This document shows positions 30,047-37,840 of a stretch of 64,000 nt of DNA, one piece after another. Every line of letters starts with the position of its first letter. Positions within the stretch are counted from its first letter, which is position 1. Position numbers and translations under genes: made by a program. The notes beneath the pieces were generated by a model. That model was not told where the DNA came from. It saw only the letters and a program-made list of their open reading frames with translations, and did no database searches. Source of the stretch: Halorussus marinus (lineage in GTDB: Archaea; Halobacteriota; Halobacteria; Halobacteriales; Haladaptataceae); contig NZ_SBIV01000002.1 of the NCBI RefSeq assembly GCF_004765795.1, positions 124,001-188,000 of the forward strand, given 5' to 3'.

Positions 30047-31100
30047 CGATTCTCCCGAGGAGAATCGGAAAAGCGAGCGGGGAGCACAGCGACCCGCGAG
30101 CACCGCGACTCCCGAGGAGAATCCGAACGGCGAGCGGGGAGCCACCCCAGAGCTTCGGTCTGACGGGGGCGTCCCGCTCAACATCGCGAACCACGACGAG
30201 GAGGCCGGCGAGCGCGAGGGCGAAGGCGTCGACGGCGAGTCGACCATCCTCGACGAGGTCGCGCCCGACGCGCCCGAGTCCGGCGACGAGGAGGCCGAGC
30301 CGGTCGAGCTCCTCGTCCAGTTGGCCGAGGAGGGCGAGATCGAGCCGTGGGACATCGACATCGTCACCGTCACCGACAAGTTCCTCGACCGGCTCGACGA
30401 GGCCGACCTCCGGACCTCCGGCCGGGCGCTGTTCTACGCGAGCGTCCTGCTCCGGATGAAAAGCGACGCGATGCTCGCCGACGACGACGAGGACGAGCCC
30501 GAGGAGCCGGGGTGGGACGAGTGGGACGCCCCGACGGCCGGCGACGGGGAGTTCCCGGCCCACGACCCGATCGACCAGCTCGAAGACGAGATGGAGCGCC
30601 GGCTCGACCGGAAGACCGCCCGGGGAACACCCGAGACCCTCGACGAACTCGTCCGGGAGCTCCGCGAGCGCGAGCGGGGATCGTGGTGGAAAGAGTCCCG
30701 CAGCTACGACACCTCCGACTCCCCGCAGGGGTTCGAGCGCGGCACCCAGACGCTCGACTATCGCGCCGACGACGCGATGCGGGTCGACGAGGAGCCGTCG
30801 GCCGACGACGTGACCGGCACCGCCCACGCCGAGGACATCGAGGCGGTCATCGACGACGTCCGGGCCGAACTCGCCGACCGCTACGACGCGGGGCGCGACG
30901 AGGTGCTGTACGCCGAGATCGACACCGCCGGCGGGTCGGAGATCCAGACGTTCCTCGCCCTCCTCTTTCTCTCTCACCGCGAGGCGGTCGTGCTCGAACA
31001 GGACGATCTGTTCGGCGACCTCTGGGTCCGGAACCCCGAGGCGGTCGCCGACGCCGACTCAGACGACCCCGAGACCGAACCCGAGGCGATCGCGGACTGA
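30039..31100 (+). CDS. scpA: Kleisin ScpA with an N-terminal repeat-derived extension
   Basis: GEIEPWDIDIV, SGRALFYASVLLRMKS, TFLALLFL; overlaps the smc stop. Confidence 0.92.
   Translation: MTSDSPEENRKSERGAQRPASTATPEENPNGERGATPELRSDGGVPLNIANHDEEAGEREGEGVDGESTILDEVAPDAPESGDEEAEPVELLVQLAEEGEIEPWDIDIVTVTDKFLDRLDEADLRTSGRALFYASVLLRMKSDAMLADDDEDEPEEPGWDEWDAPTAGDGEFPAHDPIDQLEDEMERRLDRKTARGTPETLDELVRELRERERGSWWKESRSYDTSDSPQGFERGTQTLDYRADDAMRVDEEPSADDVTGTAHAEDIEAVIDDVRAELADRYDAGRDEVLYAEIDTAGGSEIQTFLALLFLSHREAVVLEQDDLFGDLWVRNPEAVADADSDDPETEPEAIAD
30052..30142 (+). repeat. 34-bp imperfect direct repeat (31/34 identical), 57-bp period, inside the scpA 5' end
   Basis: CTCCCGAGGAGAATC(G/C)GAA(AA/CG)GCGAGCGGGGAGC at 30052-30085 and 30109-30142. 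Confidence 0.85.
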
Positions 31101-31176
31101 GCCGCGGTCCGCTCGCCACCGGACTTTGGAACACGTTGGCAATACACTTATCACTCCCCGAGACGTGTGGTAACAT

Positions 31177-31275
31177 ATGACGCCCGAACGGTTCCGCGAG
31201 CGGCTCGAAGAGACCGACGGTCGGGTCGATCCCTCGGAAGTCGCGGCGGCGCTCGAGTACGTCCGGGGACGTTAG
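31177..31275 (+). CDS. Putative 32-aa small protein MTPERFRERLEETDGRVDPSEVAAALEYVRGR
   Basis: TATA-like CTTATC about 27 nt upstream of the ATG (leaderless spacing); host-like codons; stop overlaps the mtnP stop. Confidence 0.55.
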   Translation: MTPERFRERLEETDGRVDPSEVAAALEYVRGR

Positions 31276-32126
31276 TCGAGGTACTCGCCGACGAACGCGT
31301 CGACCCGGTCGCGCGTCTCCTCGGGGATGGCCTCGGTCGGCGTGTTGATAGTGCCCTGCAGTGCCGACCCGCAGTCGCAGTCGCGCTCGTCGGGCATGTT
31401 CCGGATAGCGTGCTCGACGACCTCCTTGATCGCGTCCTCGTTCTCGGCGGCGTTTTCCAGCACCTCCTCGAGGGTGACCTCGCTGTCTTCCTTCCAGACG
31501 TCGTAGTCGGTGACCCCCGCGACCGTCGCGTAGCAGAGTTCGGCCTCGCGAGCCAGTTTCGCCTCCGGGATCGTCGTCATGCCGATGACGTCCCAGCCCT
31601 GCTCGCGGTAGAACTCGCTCTCGGCGCGGGTCGAGTACTGCGGGCCCTCGATGCAGACGTAGGTGCCGCCTTTCTCGTGGTCCGCGTCGGTCGCGCTCGC
31701 ACAGGAGTCAGCGAGGTGCTCGACCATGTGCGGGCAGTACGGCTCGGCAAACGGCATGTGGACCACGATGCCGTCGCCGAAGAACGTCGAATCGCGGTGT
31801 TTCGTCCGGTCGAACGTCTGGTCGGGGACCACCAGCGTCTGGGGGGGCAGGTCCTCGCGGAGGCTCCCGACCGCGTTGCTCGACAGCACGCGCTCGACGC
31901 CGACCTGCTTTAGCGCGTAGATGTTGGCCTTGTACGGCGCGTTCGTCGGCGTGTGCTGGTGGTCGGGGCCGTGGCGCGGGAGGAACGCGACCTCCTCGCC
32001 GGCGAGTTCGCCGATCGTGACCGGCGCACTCGGATCGCCGAACGGCGTGGTCACGTCCTCTTCGCGGGTGTTTTCGAGTGGCAGCGCGTCGTAGATGCCG
32101 CTTCCGCCGATGAAGCCGATCGTCAT
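31272..32126 (-). CDS. mtnP: S-methyl-5'-thioadenosine phosphorylase
   Basis: IGGSG, PRHG, NAVGSL, EGPQYSTRAES, GMT, VTDYD. Confidence 0.93.
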   Translation of the reverse strand: MTIGFIGGSGIYDALPLENTREEDVTTPFGDPSAPVTIGELAGEEVAFLPRHGPDHQHTPTNAPYKANIYALKQVGVERVLSSNAVGSLREDLPPQTLVVPDQTFDRTKHRDSTFFGDGIVVHMPFAEPYCPHMVEHLADSCASATDADHEKGGTYVCIEGPQYSTRAESEFYREQGWDVIGMTTIPEAKLAREAELCYATVAGVTDYDVWKEDSEVTLEEVLENAAENEDAIKEVVEHAIRNMPDERDCDCGSALQGTINTPTEAIPEETRDRVDAFVGEYLD

Positions 32127-32249
32127 GGGCGTGACTCGCGCGGGTAGCTACTAAACGGCTGTTCTTTGAGTCCGCTCGGAGACGGCCCGCCCGTCGAACG
32201 CGTCGCGGCGAGCCCGAGTCTTATGGTCGCGGGCGCCCGAGTCGCGGCC

Positions 32250-32744
32250 ATGACCGATCGCGAGTTCCGCAAAGTCGTCGTCGACGACCTGCCCGACGCG
32301 CCGAACCCAACCCGACGAAAGAAGGAAGTCGACGAGGCCGTCGGCGCGACCGAGTTCGGGTTCAACGTCTACGTCGCCGATCCGGGCGAGCAGTTGCCGT
32401 GGGCGCGACACCGCCACCCCGACCACGAGGAACTGCTGTACGTACTGGAGGGGACGGTCCGCGTCGAGACCTCCGACGGCGAGCACCGCGTCGGGGCAGG
32501 CGAGGCGTTGTTCGTCCCGCCGGACGCGACCCAGCGCGCGGTCGCGACGGGCGACGGTCCTGCGCGGGTGATCGCGGTCGGCGCGCCAAAGACCAGCGAC
32601 GGCGCGATCATCGAAGAGCCGTGTCCCGAGTGCGGGGCCGAGACCGACCGGGAGTACGAAGCCGTCGACGGCGGGGAGACCTACGTCCTCTCCTGTGCGG
32701 ACTGCGGCGCGGAGGTCGAGCGGCTGGTCGCGGGCCCGGAGTGA
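32250..32744 (+). CDS. Cupin-domain protein with C-terminal zinc ribbon
   Basis: HRHPDHEELLYVLEG cupin motif; CPEC...CADC. Confidence 0.8.
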   Translation: MTDREFRKVVVDDLPDAPNPTRRKKEVDEAVGATEFGFNVYVADPGEQLPWARHRHPDHEELLYVLEGTVRVETSDGEHRVGAGEALFVPPDATQRAVATGDGPARVIAVGAPKTSDGAIIEEPCPECGAETDREYEAVDGGETYVLSCADCGAEVERLVAGPE

Positions 32745-32766
32745 GAGCGCCGCGGGCCGTCTACGG

Positions 32767-32799
32767 GAAGCCTCGGGGCTTGACCCCGAGGGGGTTCAC
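32767..32799 (+). mobile_element. Isolated IS200/IS605-family end-like hairpin (remnant, no transposase)
   Basis: GAAGCCTCGGGGCTTGACCCCGAGGGGGTTCAC: 8-bp stem with CTTGA loop followed by TTCAC. Confidence 0.65.
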
Positions 32800-33503
32800 G
32801 CGTCCCCGACGTTCTCGACCAGCCGCCACTCCTCGCCGGCGTCCGCGATCACGTCCCGGCGGACCATCTCCTCTAGGACCTCGTCCATCCGGTCGGGCTG
32901 GGCGATCTCCATCTCGATGCGCTCTACGTCGTGGTACTCGCCGAGGAGGTGGCGGATCTCCGCGGTCGTGAACGTCTCGCCGTCGGCTTTCTCCATCACG
33001 CCCGCGGTGAGGTCGATCATGTCCTCGATGAAGTTCCACGGGTAGACCACCCACGCCCACTCTTCGAGGCGCTCGCCGACGTAATCGGGATCGAACTCGC
33101 TCGTCTGGAGGAGCTGGAGGGTCGCGGTCCTGACCTCCCCGGCGTCCCGATCGGTGACGTACTCGTAGGCGCGCTCGATCGACCCGCCGGTGTCGGCGAT
33201 GTCGTCGATGATGAGCACGTCCTTGCCCTCGACGCTCCCCTCGGGCATCGGATACCGGACCTCCGGATCGCCGGTCTTCTCGGCGGTCCCGACGTAGTGT
33301 TCCATCTTGAGGCTGGTGAGGTCATCGAGCCCGAGGAAATCGCAGATACACCGCCCCGCGAACCACCCGCCGCGGGCCAGCGCGACCACCACGTCGGGCT
33401 CGAAGGCGTCGCCTTTGACCTGATCGCTGACGTCGCGACACAGCCCGTAGATGTACTCCCAGTTCGTGATCGTGCACTTGAACTCGTCGGGGAGGTCGCT
33501 CAT
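32796..33503 (-). CDS. Purine phosphoribosyltransferase-family protein
   Basis: VVALARGG, PRPP motif VLIIDDIADTGGS, WVVYPW. Confidence 0.9.
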   Translation of the reverse strand: MSDLPDEFKCTITNWEYIYGLCRDVSDQVKGDAFEPDVVVALARGGWFAGRCICDFLGLDDLTSLKMEHYVGTAEKTGDPEVRYPMPEGSVEGKDVLIIDDIADTGGSIERAYEYVTDRDAGEVRTATLQLLQTSEFDPDYVGERLEEWAWVVYPWNFIEDMIDLTAGVMEKADGETFTTAEIRHLLGEYHDVERIEMEIAQPDRMDEVLEEMVRRDVIADAGEEWRLVENVGDA

Positions 33504-33634
33504 ACCACCTCGCCACTCGCATCCGTGCACACTTAACCGTTTTCAGGTGCGTTCTCGGGCGATACGGCGGGATCGGCGGACCGAGCGAACGCGGATGACC
33601 AAACGATATGAAGCCGGCGTCCGTGGGCCCGTGC

Positions 33635-34546
33635 ATGGAACCGGAACACCGACGCGCGCTCCTCGTCGACGCGTTCACCGACGCGCCGTTCGCCGGCAAC
33701 GCCGCCGGCGTGGTGCCGAACGCCGACGGCCTCGCCGACGACCAGATGCAGGCGATCGCCGACGAACTCGCGGTGAGCGAGACCGCCTTCTTCGCCGAGA
33801 CCGACGCCGCCGACCGGCGGGTCCGCTATTTCACCCCCACCACGGAGGTCGACCTCTGCGGGCACGCCACGATCGCCTCCCACGCCCACCTCCTCGACGA
33901 CGGCGTCATCGACCCCGGCACCCACACCCTCGAAACCAACGTCGGCGTCCTCGACATCGACGTCGAGGCCGACGGCACGGTGTGGATGACCCAGAACGAC
34001 CCCGAGATCCGCGAGGTCGACCTCGGCTACGAGCGGGTCGCCGACGCGCTCGGCATCGACCACGCCGCGCTCGAAGACGTCGGGGCCGACTTCCCGCTCG
34101 CGGTCGCCTCGACGGGTCTGGCCTTCCTCGTGGTGCCGGTGAACTTCCTCGAACACGTCAGCGCGATGGATCCCGACCACCGGAAGATCGAGGCGATCAG
34201 CGAGGACGTCGACGCCGCGGGCGTCTACGCGTTCACCTTCGACGCGCTCGAAGCCGACTCGACGCTCCACGGCCGGATGTTCGCGCCCGCCGCGGGCGTC
34301 CCCGAGGACCCGGTGACCGGCACCGCGAGCGGGGCGTGCGGGGCGTATCTGCGCGAGTACAGAGCCTTCGACGGGGAGTTTCCCGACGAGATGCGCTTCG
34401 AGCAGGGCCACTTCGTCGACCGGCCCGGGTACGTCCGGGTCCGAATCGGCGAGACGGTTCGGGTCGGCGGCCGGGCGGTGCCCGCGCTCGACGGCGAGCT
34501 CCGGGTGCCCGAGCCGGACGGCGACGACGAGATCATCGAGGCCTGA
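33635..34546 (+). CDS. PhzF-family isomerase/epimerase
   Basis: VDAFT...GNAAGV, SETAF, EVDLCGHAT, EDPVTGTA. Confidence 0.92.
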   Translation: MEPEHRRALLVDAFTDAPFAGNAAGVVPNADGLADDQMQAIADELAVSETAFFAETDAADRRVRYFTPTTEVDLCGHATIASHAHLLDDGVIDPGTHTLETNVGVLDIDVEADGTVWMTQNDPEIREVDLGYERVADALGIDHAALEDVGADFPLAVASTGLAFLVVPVNFLEHVSAMDPDHRKIEAISEDVDAAGVYAFTFDALEADSTLHGRMFAPAAGVPEDPVTGTASGACGAYLREYRAFDGEFPDEMRFEQGHFVDRPGYVRVRIGETVRVGGRAVPALDGELRVPEPDGDDEIIEA

Positions 34547-34617
34547 CTGTCTGGTCGCCCGACGACGCCGCCCGCGGACTGCAAAACGTTAACCAGCCGG
34601 GATTCTAACACACCCAC

Positions 34618-35157
34618 ATGGCACCGCTGTTGGACTCGCTTGCGCTGTTGCTCTTCGTCGCCGGCATCGCGCTGGCGATCGCCGAGGCGCTGATCCCCGG
34701 CGCGCACTTCATCGTCCTCGGCGTGGCGCTGATCCTCGCGGGGCTGGTCGGGCTGCTCGTTCCGCCGCTGGCGGGGCCGCTCGTGCTCGGGGCGCTCGTG
34801 CTCGGGTTCGGCGGGCTCGCGCTCTACGCCTACCGCGAACTCGATCTCTACGGGGGGAAGGGCGTCGCCCGGACCAGCGACTCGGACTCGCTGAAGGGCC
34901 AGACCGGCCGGGTGACCGAGCCGGTCACGCCCCAGGACGGCCAGATAAAGCTCCACGAGGGCGGCTTCAACCCCTTCTACGCCGCCCGGAGCATGGACGG
35001 CGAGATCCCAGAGGGGACAGAGGTGATGGTCGTCGATCCCGGCGGCGGCAACGTCGTCACGGTCGAGCCCGTCGAGGCCATCGAGGATCCGATCGACCGA
35101 CAGCTCCGCATGGAACGCGAGCGCACCGAGCGAGAGTCCGAGTCCGAGGAAGCGTGA
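34618..35157 (+). CDS. NfeD-like membrane protein (C-terminal OB fold)
   Basis: N-terminal TM helices (AEALIPG), LKGQTGRV, adjacent SPFH genes. Confidence 0.85.
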   Translation: MAPLLDSLALLLFVAGIALAIAEALIPGAHFIVLGVALILAGLVGLLVPPLAGPLVLGALVLGFGGLALYAYRELDLYGGKGVARTSDSDSLKGQTGRVTEPVTPQDGQIKLHEGGFNPFYAARSMDGEIPEGTEVMVVDPGGGNVVTVEPVEAIEDPIDRQLRMERERTERESESEEA

Positions 35158-35209
35158 GCGTCGCCGGACGGCGATACGTTTACCACGCCGCCGTCCGAGC
35201 GTCCGACTG

Positions 35210-35710
35210 ATGGCGCTTGCCCCGTTGCAGTCGTTCGCGGACGGCACCCTCTCGGCCGGCCTTCTCGCGGCCGCGGTCGTGCTCGTGACCGTCGTCCAGT
35301 CGCTCGAATTCGTCGACGGCTACGAGACGCGGGCGCTGACCGTCCTCGGCGAGTACCGCGGACTCTTAGAGCCCGGCGTCCACCTCGTTCCGCCGTTCGT
35401 CAGCGGCACCCGGAGCTTCGACATGCGGGCCCAGAGCCTCGACGTCGCGAGCGCCACCGAAGGGGCGTCCGCGACCGTGTCGTTCACGATCGAGGACGCT
35501 GAGACCGCGTTTCTGGCGGCCGACGATTACAGAGCGTCGCTCGAAGCCGCGGCGCGCGAGGGCTTCGAACGGGCGGTCGGCGACAGGACGCCCGACCAAC
35601 TCCGCGCGGAACGGGATCGTCTCGCCGACCGACTCGCGGACGAACTCGGCGAGGCGGCCGACGAGTGGGGCGTCCGGATCGACGGAGTCGAGATCCGAAT
35701 CGACGACTGA
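35210..35710 (+). CDS. Short divergent SPFH/band-7 paralog
   Basis: RALTVLGEYRGLLEPGVHLVPPFVS..FDMR and DEWGVRI match the downstream full-length SPFH protein. Confidence 0.8.
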   Translation: MALAPLQSFADGTLSAGLLAAAVVLVTVVQSLEFVDGYETRALTVLGEYRGLLEPGVHLVPPFVSGTRSFDMRAQSLDVASATEGASATVSFTIEDAETAFLAADDYRASLEAAAREGFERAVGDRTPDQLRAERDRLADRLADELGEAADEWGVRIDGVEIRIDD

Positions 35711-35804
35711 ATCGTCGCCGACCGGCCGCGGGAGGGATGTTTTCGCCCCCGTATCGGCGAGTACGAGCAGAATGTTTAACACTGGTTCTTTCTTACACCC
35801 AAGT

Positions 35805-36956
35805 ATGTTAGTTCCGCTACAAGCTACCTTCGGCGGGCTCACCGTCGTCGCGCTGCTGTTCCTCGCGTTAGTCGTCATTACCGTCTGGCAGTCGGTCGAG
35901 ATCGTCGACGCGACGGAGAAGCGCGCGCTGACCGTGTTCGGCGAGTACCGAAAGCTCCTCGAACCCGGCATCAACTTCGTCCCGCCGTTCGTGAGCGCGA
36001 CCCACCGCTTCGACATGCGGACCCAGACCCTCGACGTACCGCGACAGGAAGCGATCACCCGCGACAACTCGCCGGTGACCGCCGACGCCGTCGTCTACAT
36101 CAAGGTCATGGACGCCAAGAAGGCGTTCCTCGAAGTCGAAGACTACAAGCGAGCGGTCTCGAACCTCGCACAGACCACCCTCCGGGCGGTGCTGGGCGAC
36201 ATGGAACTCGACGACACGCTCAACAAGCGCCAGCAGATCAACGCCAAGATCCGCAAAGAGCTCGACGAGCCCACCGACGAGTGGGGCATCCGCGTCGAGA
36301 GCGTCGAGGTCCGGGAGGTCAACCCGAGCAAGGACGTCCAGCAGGCGATGGAGCAACAGACGTCCGCCGAGCGCAAGCGCCGGGCCATGATTCTGGAGGC
36401 CCAGGGTGAGCGCCGGAGCGCCATCGAGACCGCCGAGGGTGACAAGCAGTCGAACATCATCCGGGCGCAGGGCGAAAAGCAGAGCCAGATCCTCGAAGCG
36501 CAGGGTGACGCGGTCTCGACGGTCCTGCGAGCGAAGTCCGCCGAGTCGATGGGCGAGCGCGCGGTCATCGACAAGGGGATGGAGACGCTCGAATCCATCG
36601 GGCAGGGCGAGTCGACCACGTTCGTGCTCCCCCAGGAGCTGTCGTCGCTGGTCGGTCGCTACGGCAAGCACCTCACCGGCAGCGACGTCGAGACCGACGG
36701 CGACCAGCTCGACAGCCTCGACTTCGACGAGGAGACCCGCGAGCTGATCGGCCTCGACAACATCGAGGAGATCCTCGGCCAGATCGACGAGGAGGCCGAG
36801 ATGGACGTCGAAGCGATGGAGCAGGAGGCCGAGGCCATCAAGCAGGGCGAGGATCCGACCGACATCAAGAGCCCCGACGAGGTCATCCAGGAGATGGACG
36901 AGGAGAACCCCGTCGAGGACGTCGAGCCGGAGATGGACGCCGAAGTAGAGAAGTAA
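35805..36956 (+). CDS. SPFH/stomatin-like (band 7) protein
   Basis: QEAITRDNSPV, LAQTTLRAVLG, AERKRRAMILEAQG; start could alternatively be 35772. Confidence 0.92.
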   Translation: MLVPLQATFGGLTVVALLFLALVVITVWQSVEIVDATEKRALTVFGEYRKLLEPGINFVPPFVSATHRFDMRTQTLDVPRQEAITRDNSPVTADAVVYIKVMDAKKAFLEVEDYKRAVSNLAQTTLRAVLGDMELDDTLNKRQQINAKIRKELDEPTDEWGIRVESVEVREVNPSKDVQQAMEQQTSAERKRRAMILEAQGERRSAIETAEGDKQSNIIRAQGEKQSQILEAQGDAVSTVLRAKSAESMGERAVIDKGMETLESIGQGESTTFVLPQELSSLVGRYGKHLTGSDVETDGDQLDSLDFDEETRELIGLDNIEEILGQIDEEAEMDVEAMEQEAEAIKQGEDPTDIKSPDEVIQEMDEENPVEDVEPEMDAEVEK

Positions 36957-37187
36957 CCCCTACTCTTCGGACGCTTTCGTGTCTCGCGCTCGCCCGAGAG
37001 CCCCGCCGTTATCGGGCCGTCTTGGCGAGCAGATGAAACCAATTGTGACTGGGGTCCGAGAGGCCGCGACCGATCCCGGCGAGCGAGCGCCGAACGAGCC
37101 GGCTCGGCGCCGACGCCGACCCCTCTGGTGTGCGAGGGTTTGGCAAACGAAGACGTTTTAATCCTCCGTACCGAGAATCCCGTGTAG

Positions 37188-37796
37188 ATGAGTGAGCGTT
37201 CCGACGTGGACGAAAATAAGCGGGCGACGCTTCGGCGCTTCGCGGTGTTAGGCGCCGCGACGCCGCTTGCCACGCTCCGGGACGACGACGGCGACGAGAG
37301 CGAAGTCCGGGACGCCATCGCGGGCTACGTCGCGACCACGCCGGGCGCGCACTTCTCGAAGATCCGCGACGACCTGCAACTCGGGACCGGCGAGGCCCAA
37401 CACCACCTCCGAGAGCTCCTCGACGCAAAGACCCTCGAGAGCCGTCGCGACGGCGACTACCGCCGGTTCTACCCCACCGAGCAGTTCTCGGCGTTCGAGC
37501 AGGTCGCGCTCGGCTACCTCCGCCGGGAGACCCCGCGGGGGATGTTGATCGAACTGCTCAGAGACCCCGCGGCGACCGGTAGCGACCTCGCGGACGCCCT
37601 CGACGTCTCGCGACCGACCGTGAGCAAGTACGCCGCCAGCCTGGAGGAGGCCGGACTCCTCGACCGGGAGGACGGCTACGCGGTCCGCGAACCCGAGACG
37701 GTCATCACGCTCCTGGTGCGGTACGCCGACTCGTTCGGCGAACGCGCCGCGTCGTTCGCGGCCCAGGCCGACGGCTTCATCTCGTTCGACCCGTAG
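37188..37796 (+). CDS. Double winged-helix transcriptional regulator
   Basis: PGAHFSKIRDDL.LGTGEAQHHL and LADALDVSRPTVSKY. Confidence 0.85.
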   Translation: MSERSDVDENKRATLRRFAVLGAATPLATLRDDDGDESEVRDAIAGYVATTPGAHFSKIRDDLQLGTGEAQHHLRELLDAKTLESRRDGDYRRFYPTEQFSAFEQVALGYLRRETPRGMLIELLRDPAATGSDLADALDVSRPTVSKYAASLEEAGLLDREDGYAVREPETVITLLVRYADSFGERAASFAAQADGFISFDP

Positions 37797-37840
37797 CGGG
37801 CGCCTCGTTTTCCGGCGCCGCGAACCCAAAACGGACCGAT

